Of a stretch of DNA of 64,000 nucleotides, positions 37,933-52,299 are shown in pieces. The notes beneath the pieces are model-generated. The model was given only the letters and a program-made list of their open reading frames with translations, was not told the origin of the DNA and did not search any database. This DNA is from Balanoglossus misakiensis (Eukaryota > Animalia > Hemichordata): contig CM082584.2 in the NCBI GenBank assembly GCA_040954595.2, positions 4,034,110-4,098,109 of the forward strand. Direction: 5' to 3'. The translations under genes were made by a program, and so were the position numbers. The first letter of the stretch is position 1; every line of letters begins with the position of its first letter.

Positions 37933-40900
37933 GAATAATGAATCAAACAAAATCAGACTTGGGCAAGAAAATGCTAAGGTAAACATGTAGTTGCAAATGT
38001 GAGAAAAAAGTCGTGAATGGTGAGAAGATTTATGTATTTATCGTAACTTGCAAACAAACATGAACCGGTAGTCATTACAAGTTTCCCTAGACAGTCGCAA
38101 ACAAAATTGTTTGACTGTATTTCTCCTGGCTAGAGCCCAGGGGCCTGAACATTGAACATTTACCAGGGGAATGAGGGGTGCTCTTGTCGTAGCACCCACC
38201 TTTATATGTTAAAAAACTGTCATACAGTAGATTTGCTAAAATAGAACATTTTATTTACTGAGAAGTAAAGGGATTGTGTTATACATACATACCTGATGTA
38301 TAAGATGACAAGAAAATATTAAATTGAAAAAAAATGTTGACAAACTTCAATACCTATTTCTATTATACTCGTCAAATGTTTATTTCAACTGTAAAAATCA
38401 GCTAGGGCTCTAAATAACAGGATATTGCTTCATAGATTATCCCTTTCACCACCATGGACCGGTCCAAATCCAAATGTTTTCTATGGGAAGGTTGGACCTC
38501 TGTAGAGGGAACTGGGGGGTGAAAGGGTTAATGGAAGTGGGGCCTTTGCCTGCAGGAGCAAGGGCCTCTACCAAGAGAAATACTGACAGTAGATTAAGTT
38601 TGTTTGAACCAATATTACAATGGGCAAGATATGTTTTGACTGGACAATTTTCAACACATCCTACGGGTGAAGATAAAATTGAATAAATGACAATATTACA
38701 TACAAACATACATGGAATCCAAACACCATTCATATCTAAATCAAGTTTTCAAAACCAAGAACCCCTTCCTATTTACTTTAATACTCTGTCCCAAATTGTT
38801 TTGATTTGCTCAGGATGTGGTTTTTGAGACCTGTACAGGATATTGATCTCCTGAAGGAGAGACAAGCTGCAATCAGTTTTTTTGTCTCACCAAGAAATAT
38901 TGAAGTATGCTCATCTCTACAAGACGCTCTACGGAATATCAAGAATGTCGCTGTACGTACATTGTGTATCTACTAAGTATATTAAAGTATTTTGAAATTT
39001 TGAATGACAATTTTTCAATTTCATTATAGTTCATGCCAATTTTGCCACAAGTAGACAAATTTTGTACTTACTTATAACAAATATAACTTCTGAGTAGATG
39101 TTATTTTCAAAAATACCATATATCCGCTATTAATTTTCGATAAATTCTCTTTGTGTTTGGATTTTCTTTGATAGTTTGCATTGTGTGTGTGCATTGTATG
39201 TGTTAGAGTGAAAGGTCCATCGTTTGAGGGCGCTCCCTATGTTAGCGCTCTTGAACGAATTGGATCTTGTGTGTGGAAGAACCAAATACATTAGTTTTAT
39301 CAGAAACGTGTAGTACATGTATCTATCGCAAACATATGGATTATGTATTATTGTTCTTTTTGTTTATTTATATTTCTAGAGAGTGTTGGGTCGGATGAAA
39401 ACAGCTCAAGCCTCAATCGGTGACTGGCAAGCCTTATACCAGGTATTATTATACACCTACTGCTGTAACCTATGGAGTTCCATGATACAATAATTCGCGG
39501 TATCACCGTACAATAATTATTCGAATGAGTTAGTCCATTAGCCAAAAGTTGATTTTACTGGAACTTACATGTTGCGAAGATCAGAAAAAGAAAGAGTGTA
39601 AAAGACTTCAGAATCAGATGTTACTGATCAAATAGCCATATCCAGGTATAACACACATTAAATTATCTAGTATATATGAGTATGAGCTACCAAAAAATTA
39701 TTGCGAAATTTGGATGTTGGTGTACAGAGAGGGAGGGGGGGGGGGGCAGATAAACATTGGAATTCAGGGGCTACTTGGACCACACAGTGTTTGTCTACTG
39801 GTCAAGTAAACAGTGTTCCAATAATTCCCCTTGCGTAGTTGAGTTCAATCAAAAAGTATAAAACATCATTGAAATTACCAAACATGCACTTCACAAGATC
39901 CCTCAGCTGCTGTTTGATTCTTTTTTTTTGTTAAAGCACAATTAGCTGTATTAAAACTTTGTTTGTATAAGCCTATAATTTGCGCCACACCAATTCTCTC
40001 CAAGTTTCACTAAGTCCTTAAGTTAATATTTTCACAATACTTAGTAAATAAATCTACAATAATTACACACTTTAAAGATAACTTAGATCATTGATATGAA
40101 AGAGATATCTTGTCTTAAATTATTTATTGCGTGTTACTTGTAGACTGCCTACAATGCAATATACATTGGTGATATATGCAGAGCTCAGACTGCTGATGTG
40201 GCCATCTTTAAGAAGGTAAGGAAACTTTCATAAGCAATTTACATATTCTGTTTTGTATTGGTTTTAGAAATGTAACAAATGAGTCTGTTAATGTGTAAGA
40301 AAGAAGTTGAGACTTTCTAAAATAGTCAGTGTTTGCCAATGTCACCTGTGATTTTTTTTCCTGTACACCTATTTCTGTGTAATTCCCAAATGGGACCACA
40401 GTGTCCTTGACTCTATGTTTTTCTGTCTGATTGCTTTGAAATTTGGGTTACAGGTTCATGATAGATATATGTGCAACTTTTATTACATTGTAATGTCAGA
40501 AATGATTTAGCTAATTTGTAATTTTCTTTATTTTTGGTCAAAAAGCACTATATTGATTCAATGGATGCAAAATGCAAACAATAGATATGCAATGCAGTGG
40601 GCTATCTGAAAGTCTTCTTTGCACCTGCACTACAATGGTTGAGACCAGGTCACAGGCCAAGAATGCACTATTTTGAAGCCCTACAAATTCATTTGTTTCC
40701 TGTGATTTTTATATGAAAATGGGTGACTTGTGGTTGGTGAAAACAACTTCTATTGGCTAACCAACCTCCCAGGACATATATATGCAGAAATCACCCTTGG
40801 TACCCTTCCCTATTAAAATATTACACACTGCAATCTGAATGAATGGTAAGAAGTGACACCTTGGTTACATGTAACTCCAGTTTGAGTTTCATTACGACAG

Positions 40901-43900
40901 GGACGTGGCTGTTTTCTTCATATGCTCTTTGTGCTAACACACTTATTCCAAACAGAGATGCTCACATAGCTGCATGTCCTGACAATGTGATATTTACAGG
41001 ATTTGTTATTTTCTCCTTTTTTTCGACAGATAAGCAGAACATTCACTGAGGATTTACATTATATTGCCGGTCTGATTATCAAAATTGTAAGACCTGGTTA
41101 CTTTGTTTTAATAATGTCCTCCAGATAAACCCAGAACAGAGACATAGATTATCATAAGGCCAAAATAAAAAATATGTGCCGATTACCCGACCTACCCTAA
41201 TTTTAACCCGCCGACCCTAAACTTGTTAGAGCTTCATTAACCATGAAGTAAAAATAACGATGTCAAATATACAAAATTTATGAAAATTGTGCAATTCACG
41301 CAAGAACTATGACATCATTCACTATTGCAGCCAGAGAAATAAAAATAATTGCAAAATAAAATTTTTTACCTACCTACCTACCCTATTTTTGAAAACAATG
41401 TAATCGGAACAGCACATATTATTTTTGGAGGGCCTAATATCAATTATAATTTCTGTCCATTACACTTCTGTATATCTGCAACCATTGAATAGACATCAGT
41501 GAAAAGTACAGGATAAGTACCGGGCAACAGCAATATAGTTTTCAAATATGAAACCAGTAATTGAGAATGACTTGATTTACAAGAATATATATTGGTGATG
41601 ATCTAATGTCTTTACAATGGTAAAATGATCAAAATATATTTTTGTTCATTTATTTAGTTATATTACAGTAAGACAAAGTATACATATTTACATGACTATC
41701 TATGGATGGGAAATAATGCAATAAATTCATTTTTCAGTGATGAGAATTTCTGAAGTGAAGTCAAGATGTTATTTAGCTAAATACTTGAAGAGAACAAAAA
41801 ATTCACTTGTTATTTCCAGGTGGATTTTGAAGAATCTGCTGTTCTGAACAAGTTTGTTGTGAAACCAAACGTAGACAAGGCTCTGGATGAAAGTGAGTTG
41901 ACAATAGTAGATACATGTTACTACTATTAAAGGGACAAAGTCTCTCTCTCTCTTGTTGCCCTTTTTCCATTAATTATTTTTGATACAAGACACCGTTTAT
42001 GTTACTGTACTAATTGTAGACTACCATTTATTCATTTGGGGCGAGTTTTTACTCTTATATCATCACACCACAGTATTAGCATGAGGTATATTAATGCATG
42101 ATAGAACGCCATAGGTTATGCCAGTAGTTATCAATAATAATGTATAGCTATGACGTCACAAAATTCACTGGTATCGATAAAGCTATAATATAATATTCAT
42201 TTTGGCGAGTTTTTCACTCTTGTGTCTGCAAGTGGGATGGAAGGTGTGTGTGATTGAATGTTCATTCACTATATATCCACATGTAGAATAACATGAAAAA
42301 TGTCTTGTATCAAATATAATTAATGAAAAAGGGCAGCAAGAGAGAGACTTTGTCCTTTGAATAATATTACACACACTCTCTGTCACATGCATATGTGACC
42401 ACATGATTATATTGTATGATAGAACGCCATAGGTTATGCCAGTATAGGTGTATTATATTTATTTATAATATTTATTGGCAATGACTGTATTCCAGAGAAG
42501 GAAACCTACAATGGATTGCCAGATTTTATGACCAAGATTGCCAGAGAGGAGTTGAAGAAACTTGGTGATGACATCAAGGAATGCAATGTGGTGTATTTAC
42601 CTCAGCTGGGTTATCTACTGGCTATTCCAAGATCCTCAATTATGTCAGAGAAGCAAGACTTTCAAATGCCATCGCTTGAGTTTGTTGTGAGTCAACTTTG
42701 AGGGTCTTGGTTCTTATAGAAAACCGTACCGCGTAAGTAAAAGATGTCGCTGTTCCCTACATCTGATTTTAATCAGATTTGGTTCTACCACAGTACAGGA
42801 CATTGATAACATAATGATTTGATAATGATTTGTTGTTTTGGCTGTTTAAAGGCATACGGTCACCTACGGAAATTTAACTACAGTTTAATACCATGGTAAA
42901 CTTGCGATCAAGCCAATCACGAATTTTTAGTTGGTGGCACACGCGAAAAAAAGCGCCACCATATGTTGTTTAGAATGCTCAAATACGCCATTTCAGCCAT
43001 ATACATGTATGGGCGTACGTTGGAGGTGACTGTATACCTTTAAGTTTAAGTTTATACCATAACCAAATGATGTATCAGATATTATCCAAATAGTGATATT
43101 TTCCATGTTCACTTTGTAGTTCTTGTCAAATAATACGGTTCATTACAAGAGTGCCAGTACAAGAGGTAAGTATAAATGTTTGGCTGTTTCACACAGAGTT
43201 TATACATTCCTGGAAAAATCATTGAAAGTTTTTAAAATGTGAAACCTGGAAAATCTGTAAGAGTTAATAAACAAATCACTGCCAGAGAATTCCATCTATC
43301 GTGATGCCATAAACTTGAAAATGTTTTAACCTGAAGCAATGACTGGCCTTTTTAATCTGTTGATCTAACAGGGAGTATGTCAATGACATATGACTTGTTA
43401 TTACGTTACTTACTAGTAGCTTTGTTACAGTTGGGGAGAAATAATGAAAAGATGAGAAGTTTATATGGCTTGCCTGAGTGGTCACATGTTTGTGACATGT
43501 TTATGTTCAAGCAACCTTTTGATAGTTCTATGAATTTGTGTTTGGTTCTTGGCCAATCTTGAAGCAATGGAGTTCTGTTCTACCTTATATTATTTCAAAT
43601 AGCCATAATAAACACCCTACTTTTCTTCATATGTGTGATTTTTTTAAAAGTGTTAATACAATGCTTCGTGTCTAGATTACATTATTATTTTTTTATTAAT
43701 CTATTTTATTTTAAATTGTTTACTTTGTAGATTATGTCAAATTGATTCACTTTATTTTATGTATTATTTATGTTCGATTTACATTGTGATTGTTTTATTT
43801 GTTGTTTTGTTTTGTTTTGCTTTGTTTTTGTTCTTAACTGCCACGCAAAGAGTTGCCTGAAGGGGGATGATAAAGAGTAATGTTATTGGTGTTTGGTGTA

Positions 43901-46900
43901 CACTTCAATCTTCAGAATTGGATGCAATACTGGGAGATACTCAATGTGAAATAACAGGTAATATTATTTTACTTGAAACATTCTTATGTATTTTACTGTT
44001 GTTATATCCTTCTTAACAATAGCATAATGAAAAAAATGGATTCAGATTATGATCAAAGCTTGGTTCTCCATGGTTTTTTTCAAAAATATCAAATAAACAA
44101 ACAAACAAATAAACAAACAATTATTTGTTTGTTTATTATGCCAATCAATAATAACCAGCAAACAAACACAGGAGCGCCCCCTGTGCTGAAACATGAACAC
44201 AGATAGTATCTTGATAATCATTTGATAAAATTGCCTGTGATCATATACAAATTGTTATTTGAGAAATAAGTTTACCCAGGATATGTGGTCTCTTGTCATA
44301 AAAGAAGCAATCTCATTGGCTTGGGCTGTTGGAAGGAACTGATCGTCCTGGCACAAGTAATCTCATTACGAATATAGGTGTTGGCATTGTGTACTTGCTG
44401 ATCTGGCTTCATTGTACATTATATGCTACCGGTAATATTGATATCCTTGTATTCAAGCTTGGTATTTACTCCAAGTGTTTGTTTGTAAATAACAAACAAG
44501 CAAACAAACAAACAACACAGAAGAATATCCGATATCCCTAAAAACACTGAGGGAGCGCCCCCTGTGCTGAAACATGAACACAGATAGTATCTTGATAATC
44601 AAGATACCTAGTCTGATTTGTATTGTATTGTATTGTATTGTATTGTATTGTATTGTATTGTATTGTACATGCATTTTGTTGCAGACCATGAGACAACTAT
44701 CATGCATAGACTTCAAAATACTATCTTAGAGCACAGTGAAGTCTTAAATGCAGTTCTGGAATATGCTGCTGAACTGGATTGGTAAGATGATAAAAAAAAA
44801 TATTTTCAAATATTTGTACTTGTGTGAATTCTATGGGATTCATCACAAAATATGTGCATTGTACAGATGGTAATTTTGAGCTATAAAGTGTCTATTTGTA
44901 GTGTAGTAATAAAAGCCTTCTTGCAATATGAGATCATGAGTAAACTATAATAGTATGTACATGAACATGTATTGTTTTGTTAACAATTAAGTACACCGGT
45001 AGTCAGCAGAAATTGAGAGGTACTATATAGATTATTAAAGCCAACAAGCATTTGTGTTCCTTTTCAGTCTAATATCACTGGCTGTATGCGCAAAGGAATA
45101 TAACTACACACAACCAGTATTAACACAAAACAATGTAATACACATCAGAGGTGGCAGACATCCACTACAAGAACTTTGTGTCAGTCCATTTGTACCAAAC
45201 GATACTCTATCTGGTGACAAAGGCAGCAAAATTAAATTCCTGACTGGTCCAAATTCAAGTGGGAAAAGTGTCTACATAAAGCAGGTAATGTACAATTCTC
45301 CCTACCTTAAATACCTAAGTGAGTGATGAAAATCTCATATGGTCGACACAATTTCAAGATGGCCGATTTTTGCCATGTTTAAGAAATGTGAGTTCATAAG
45401 CTAAAGTGATGATGGGTCATTCTGAAACTTTTTAACAGAAAAAATAACAAAATGTGAAAAAAGTTTAATGAGTTTAATATGGTAACTACAAAGACGGACA
45501 TGTTTGACCAAAGGAAGTCATGAAATACAGTAAACATATCATTTCTTCTATCTCTTACTACAGTGGGTTGTCGACTTTTTGACCAGAATGCAATGTAATT
45601 TGACCCCTATAGCGCAATGTGAAAACCTATGAGCCAGAATTTGGTGTATAATGATATCTGTCAGAAAAAAAATTGAGAAGCCCTTTGCTCTGCACCCAAT
45701 CTGATTAAAATCAGATGTATAGCTAGTCATTTTCTTTACTTTTACTTTACTTCTTGGCTGTTCTGTTTGGAAGGGGCCGAGACAGAGGACAGAACAGCCA
45801 AAGCCGAGAGAACAGAATAGCCAAAACTATCGTACCAGCGCCTAAATCTGCATCTGATTTTAATCAGATTGCTCCTTACCATGGCACTGTCTATTAAGGT
45901 CATCTTAAGGAACAGAAAAACTGTCCTCAAATAAATAGAGAAGTTATAGAGAGATAACGTTCAACTGAAATAACGCCTTGCGTCTCGGAAAATGTCCTGA
46001 AATAGAGAGGTGTCTGTAATGAAAGGTTTCACTGTATCACAGCCGAAGTAGGCGTCGGCCGTCACGATAAAAAGAATTAGACAGAGAAACAAACAAACAA
46101 GGAAAAAACAAAGAAATAACAACCACCGTCATGATAAGATGTACAAATGCATGTGCTTACCTGGTGTCTTCAATTGAGCCGCGTGATTGAGCAGCTGACA
46201 CAAAGGACCCGCCCGTATGCTAGTAAATTGCTATATTTAGTGGAAGCAGATCCTTTTTATTTTTTATCAACCCCCCCCCCCCCCCCACGTATATGTTGTT
46301 AACAGATCTAGGTGTTGGTAACCTGTGTGGTGAGGGCTACTATTAAATTTTGCACGTCTTAACTTTTCATGCCATAACATATACTGTAAAACACTTTATT
46401 TTCGCGAGTTAAATTTTTTGCGATATCGAGAGAGGCCACTGTTTCGTGAGTATTAATTTTCGCGTTCTCTTATTTCATTCACTGCATCGTTATCTTCAAA
46501 ATAAATTTACGCAACTTTTTATTTTCACGTTATTTTGGCTCTCGCGTATTTTGCGAAAATTTATTGCTCGCGAAAATAAAGTGTTTTACAGTAACCTACA
46601 TTTTGACAGGTTGGTCTGATTGTATTTCTGGCTCATATTGGGAGTTTTGTACCAGCTGAGTCTGCCCACATTTGTATGCTGGATAGAATCTTTACCAGGA
46701 TTCATTCCAGGGAATCTGTCACCACTGGCCTCTCCACATTCCTTATTGATCTCAATCAGGTGAGAATGTTACAAGATATTAGGTTTTTAAAGGGCGTGAC
46801 GATCGTTTTATGCGCATGTGCTAAACCAGAGACTCTGCATGGTTACAAAAATTTGTATAGAGTCAATGCCATAAGGCAGTGTGCTGTCCTGACAACAGAC

Positions 46901-49900
46901 AAGATGGTGGCGACCATAGTTTGTGTCGGTGAATTGGAAAAGACAGCAAAGTGGGGGAAAAGAAGGGACAAAACTAGAGTCTGCTTATATGATATGCATG
47001 AAATATAGAAGGAAGCGAAGGTAGTCCACTATTTGAATGCTTCGAATGCAAAATTTGCAGAATTTGGATGTAATATGTTTGTACACACGACATTACGCAC
47101 ATGCGCATAAAGTCGATCGACAGCCTTTAACAGTTCGTGTGTATTTCCACTCATGTATTATATCATAATTGGATTCATCAGCCAACAGATGAAAAAGCGC
47201 AGTAGAATTCATTACCCACCCAACATTCCTGGATAATATACAAGAAAGAAGCTTGCGAAAGTAAAGTGTCTTGTATAAATTCTTTGAAACAATGAAGTTC
47301 TACACAAAAATATATAAATTTACTTGAACAATATTTGAAAATAATTGTTTCTGTAGGATGTGCATGATAATAGTAAAGATTTATAACAAACTTTTTCTAC
47401 AGTAAAACGGGTTATTTTCGCGACAGGTAATTTTCCCGATATCAAAAGAGGCAACTGTTATGAGAGGATTTATTTTTGCATTCTCGTATTTCTCGTGGAT
47501 CGTTATCTCTGAAAAACATTTTATGTGACTTTTTATTTACATTTTTTTCGGCCCTCGCGTATTTCGCGAACATTATATAACCCCTTTTACAGTATTTTTT
47601 TTATAAATTTAATTATGTTACATTCCATTACTGCTGTACGTTTCTGGTGTCAAAAACATATAATAATTTCTTTATAGATTTGTGTGGCATTAAAGTATGC
47701 AGGTCAGCGTTCATTGGTGTTGCTGGATGAGTTTGGAAAGGGTACACAGACAATGGATGGAATAGCCTTACTATGTGGCTGTTTACAGCATTGGATAAAC
47801 CAGGCCAAGAATTGTCCTCATGTCTTGGTATCTTCTCATTTCCATACCATTGTACATCAACATCTGCTGTCAAAGTCATCCATCATTCAATTTCAGGTCA
47901 GTCAATATTTGCATCTCTGTTTTTAGTGTCGCTATATTCAAACTGGGATGTTCACATGAAACAAAATTAGAAGACATCAACTTGTGATGGCCGCTCTCAT
48001 TAAAGTAGTATATGCTTTGGAAATCAAAGTCAAAGACTTTTCTCATATTTTGCTGAAGTATTCTCTCTTAAAGGTTGAGAATAAAAATTAAAGGCCCACC
48101 AAGACATCAACTTGTGATGGCCGCTCTCATTAAAGTAGTATATGCTTTGGAAATCAAAGTCAAAGACTTTTCTCATATTTTGCTGAAGTATTCTCTCTTA
48201 AAGGTTGAGAATAAAAATTAAAGGCCCACCTTGCAGAATTTTGAATGATCAGAGAGCAAAATTGTCTCCAATTTAAAATTCAAAATGGCCGCACCAGTCT
48301 CTGTGTTTACTCTATGGAGAATATGGTTATTATGAAAACAAGATGGCAAACACCCTATTTTCTTCTTTGTTTTCAAAAAGACTCCTCACACACTTTAGCA
48401 AATAATTAAAATGAATTGAGGACTGTCATATTTCTGATCATCTTTCTCCAAGGCACATCCTACCTTAATTATTTTATTCCTCTCTGATAGATGATGGAAG
48501 TTTTGGAAGACAAGGATGAATTGGTGTCCCTCTATCAATTAATTGATGGCCATAATAGCAGCAGTTATGCCCACCATGTTGCCAAAGTTGCTGGATTGTC
48601 GACCAAGATACTGGGCAGAGCTCAAGAGGTCATTTTCAATTATTCTTTATTTCATGCAGTAATCTTTAACCCTTTCACCCCCAGTTTCCACTATAGAGGT
48701 CTTTCTCATACCATAGAAAAGAAGGGTAAAAATGCAGTTTCTGATTGTGCATAGGCAAACCATGATATGTTTGTGTGAATAGGAACATCCCTACTTTAAA
48801 GCCCCTATAGCTGTCAAATTTCAAATATTTTTTTCCACACAAAAAAACATCAAATATATATTGCCTATCCTCAAAAATCTTCACCATTAAGCCGTATAAC
48901 TTGCATTTGCATCAGTTTGTCATCTCTTGATAGCAGCATACTGTTTGTATGGAGGCTGATTAAATCTGTGTGGCACCTGTTTAATACATTGCGTGTTCAA
49001 ATTGCAACTTGCAGTCACAATTAGGCATCGATAAGGTGTTTATGTATACCTATCAGTAAGCTTATTTAGATGGATCAATTTTGGGGTGGAAAATAAAGTC
49101 ATGAAAATAATGCAAAAAAGTGGCAGCTCTAGAGGCTTTAAAATATCCTTTGGTGGCACAAGACTATATACGTGATTGAAAGGCACTGTCTTGCAGTTGT
49201 AAAAATGAGTAGCCATGCAATCAACTAATCTCAATTTAATAAATACTGCTTTGTGCACACTCTAAGATTACACACACAACATGAGTGATTTCAAGGAATG
49301 ATTTTGTATACAAAACATTAATATATTTTTCAAAGGTACAGGACTGATGGTGATGCATATTTTTTTTATTTGTCAAAAACAAAAGTCATGACAACAATGT
49401 TTGTTAGAAGGCACACTGACTGATGCGGTGTGCTCATTTGAAGAGTTTGGACAGATACAGACTTACTGTAAAACGGGTTATTTTCGCGTCAGGAAATTTT
49501 CATGATATCAAAGGAGGCAACTGTTACGCAAGAATTAATTTTTCGCATTCTCTTATTTTTACTGGATAGTTATCTCCGAAAAACGTTTTATGCGACTTTT
49601 AATATTCACATTTTCTTGGCTCTCGCGTATTTCGCGACAATTTATTTCTCGCGAAAATAACCCGTTTTACAGTATTCAGCCTCAGCTTGCTGCAGTGATT
49701 CATTAACATGTGAATATCCTTTGGTGATTACAGGTCTGGTCGTTGCTTCAACAGAAGAAAGCAATACACATTCCACATGTATCCAATGATGACAAGAAGA
49801 AGAGCTATGAATCAGTTGTTCGACAATTTCTGAAGTTGAATTTTGAGAAAGATAATCTGCAATCGTTTCTTAATCAATTGATTACCATTGTTTCTCAGAA

Positions 49901-49907
49901 AACATGA
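37933..49907 (+). CDS. MSH5: MutS homolog 5, 15 3' exons (5' part not in window): 37933-37978, 38814-38952, 39380-39442, 40144-40215, 41030-41086, 41820-41892, 42496-42686, 43120-43165, 43916-43957, 44685-44781, 45068-45284, 46610-46759, 47678-47896, 48491-48628, 49734-49907
   Basis: Spliced frame is open with GT-AG and consistent phases. MSH5-type motifs: [31 protein letters not shown], Walker [31 protein letters not shown], Walker [18 protein letters not shown]. Confidence 0.93.
41158..41434. mobile_element. PIF/Harbinger-like MITE
   Basis: TAA-GGCC..AAAAATATGTGCCGATTAC ... GTAATCGG..GCACATATT..GGCC-TAA; imperfect TIRs with a 3-bp TAA duplication. Confidence 0.5.
41931..42356. mobile_element. 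Kolobok-like MITE (family also at 50391-50731)
   Basis: TTAA-AGGGACAAAGTCTCTCTC ... GAGAGAGACTTTGTCC; long palindromic arms. Confidence 0.7.
42850..43039. mobile_element. Kolobok-like MITE
   Basis: TTAA-AGGCATACGGTCACC ... GGTGACTGTATACCT-TTAA. Confidence 0.65.
44637..44666. repeat. (ATTGT)n microsatellite just upstream of an MSH5 splice acceptor
   Basis: Pentamer run directly visible (it begins near 44617). Confidence 0.85.
46384..46591. mobile_element. Tc1/mariner-type MITE with TA TSD; relatives at ~47400-47592 and 49466-49672
   Basis: TA-CTGTAAAACACTTTATTTTCGCGAG ... CTCGCGAAAATAAAGTGTTTTACAG-TA. Confidence 0.75.
46791..47126. mobile_element. Kolobok-like MITE
   Basis: TTAA-AGG..GATCG.TTTATGCGCATGTG ... 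CACATGCGCATAAAG.CGATC..CCT-TTAA. Confidence 0.6.
47971..48230. repeat. 130-bp tandem duplication in an MSH5 intron
   Basis: 47971-48100 and 48101-48230 appear identical (AAGACATCAAC...AAGGCCCACC). Confidence 0.9.
49466..49672. mobile_element. Tc1/mariner-type MITE with TA TSD
   Basis: TA-CTGTAAAACGGGTTATTTTCGCG ... CGCGAAAATAACCCGTTTTACAG-TA. Confidence 0.75.
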
Positions 49908-50390
49908 ATTTTGATATAAAGTTTTGCCCGAGGAAATCTGTTAAAGGATGAAGTCATCAGATCCTTATCTCCACATCTGTGCTCATAAACGATGCATTTT
50001 ACCATCAATATTTTAGTGTGATAAAATCAAAATACATATGTATCTGGAAAATCTAAGTATATATAATTCAGAGTTCATTAATGTAAACAAATGCATCCAT
50101 TGTGAATCTCGCAGATGCACTTTGTTCATTGTTTAACAGGAGTTTGGTATTTGAAAATGTTGCTTGTAAAATATACCACTCTTTGTGTAGTGTTTTCATG
50201 AGTACTGGCATAAAGTACATAGAAATTGTCGAAGTTCAGTCCCAATTAAAAAAAAATACTGTTTTAACCACTGTTGGGGGTTGTATACGCATGATACAAG
50301 GTCCATCACACGAATACCACACTTCCATTCACCAGAATTGTAATAAGTGTATTGCACTCCTTTTTATGCAAAACTCCAATGATCCTTTAA

Positions 50391-50731
50391 AGGGACAAAG
50401 TCTCTCTCTCGCAACCCCTTTTCCATTAATTATGTTTTGATACAAGGCACCATTTATGTTATTCCACGTGTGGATATATCGTGAATCAACTTTCAACCAC
50501 ACACAACTTCCATCCCGCTCGTAGGATATGAGAGTAAAAATCTCGCCAAAATGAATAAACAGTAGAGACCGATTATTCATTTTGGTGAATTTTTCACTCT
50601 CTGGTGGGATGGAAGTTGTGTGTGGTTGAACGTTGATTCACTATATATCCACATGTAGAATAACATAAATGGTGTCTTCTATCAAACCAAATTAATTGAA
50701 AAAGGGACAGCGAGAGAGAGACTTTGTCCCT
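50391..50731. mobile_element. Kolobok-like palindromic MITE with TTAA TSD
   Basis: TTAA-AGGGACAAAGTCTCTCTCTCGC ... GCGAGAGAGAGACTTTGTCCCT-TTAA. Confidence 0.78.
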
Positions 50732-52022
50732 TTAATGTATTGGTGACGGAAGTCTCTCCCAACCTTTGAGAACATGTCATTTACAGACTCCCTTTGAGAG
50801 GCTCCTTTTGATTGTTTCTTGATTCCATTTTATTCCCATGTCAGTTTTCAATTATAATATTCCTCCTGCCTTCGTTGCAAAATGCATTCAAGGAGAAAGC
50901 CTTCAGTCTCAATTTTTCTGATTATCTGTTGAATTCAGGTTGATATTTACTTTCTTTACAAATAGATGACAAAAGTTTACTATGTGGATATGCTTTTGCA
51001 GTGGTTTTACTGAGGTTGGGAAACATTGGTTTCATACCCGGGGGGGGGGGGGGGAATTATGGTATTAGAAGTAGACTCGAAAGGTTGGTCACTGCAACTC
51101 ACTGATAATCATGATTCGTTCGTGAATTTGTGAGAGAGAGAGGGAGAGGCAGGGAGGGTGGAGAGTGCCCTCAAAACGACATGTCTCTCAGTCAGACCAA
51201 CCAACCAACCAAGGATTGTTGCTTCAATCAAGTACCATATAAAACAGGTGTGTCTGTTTAAGGAATTTTACTCTAGCAAGACTTCTTTGAGGTAGTCATC
51301 ATAAATGTCAAAAGACAATCAACGGGGCTAGGTTGAGATTTGAAACGACCGATTTTGATTTGCCATCTTTTTTTCAGAGCCATGTTGTGCATTGCTTTGG
51401 ATAAGTTGTAAGAATTTTGAAAATGTTTAAATGTTCTTTCATATATTGTTGATTTCAGTGACTGACATTTTGCAGTCAAGGAGCTTTATATGTGTTTTTA
51501 TGTTGACAAAAAACATCCAAGGAGTTTATGACAAAATAAAATGATACAGTTAATTACAGGTGTTTTGCTCATGAATGTGTATGTATGTGATGAGGACAAT
51601 TCGATGGTCATTAATTAGAATGAAAACAACAACAACAGAATGATGTTACATGCATGCATGTAAAAACTTGAATAATAAGGGTTCAGCAATTGTTTGCCAG
51701 GATTTGGAGATTGAAATGAATATCACCAGATTTCCCAGGCTCCACAGCAAGTGTTGATCAGACACCACCAGCTATCTGAATGTACTGAAAGACATATGGC
51801 TGTTTCCTTTAATGGTCAATTTGCATTTTTAATTAACATGAAATTAAATCGAAGTATGAGTACGTCAAAAATTATCAAAATAATGTTGCAAAATAAGGGT
51901 GTGGTCTTTATTGAATATGTGGTTTCACCTGGAACTTTGACAGTATTGCTGAATTTTTGCTAAGATTGGGAAACATTGGTAAAATAAATTAGCAGGTTTT
52001 ATACCCAGGGGAAATCACGTAA

Positions 52023-52240
52023 TGGTGAGATCCGATTATAGTGTTTTTTTCTATCACGTCACTTTTTACGTTCAACATAACACTGAGAAGAGCACCATGC
52101 TTTATATTTGTTACAAAAACTTTGTACTGTGCTGTAGTGTATATTTGACATTTCCATTTAATGTCATAATCTTTAATTGTTAGTCGTAGTTGAGAGTTAC
52201 CAACTACAGATTTGTTAATTTTATCCAGGTTTATTTGGAA
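52023..52240 (+). pseudogene. Diverged remnant of the TRIM-DTC last intron and splice acceptor
   Basis: TGGTGAGATCCGATTAT...GAAGAGCAC.ATGCT...ATATTTGACAT.TCCATTTAA...TTTATCCAGGT aligns with 25620-25935 and 35697-36087. The sequence after the acceptor does not encode the ELAAKG helix. Confidence 0.55.
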
Positions 52241-52299
52241 AGATGCTGACTGGTGATCTTAGTAGTAGCACAACTGGTGATATTTGCATAAAAACAATG

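Noticed and set aside
47971-48230. Exact 130-bp duplication as a functional element
   Set aside because: Intronic, with no features beyond the duplication; could be a recent slippage event or an assembly artefact.
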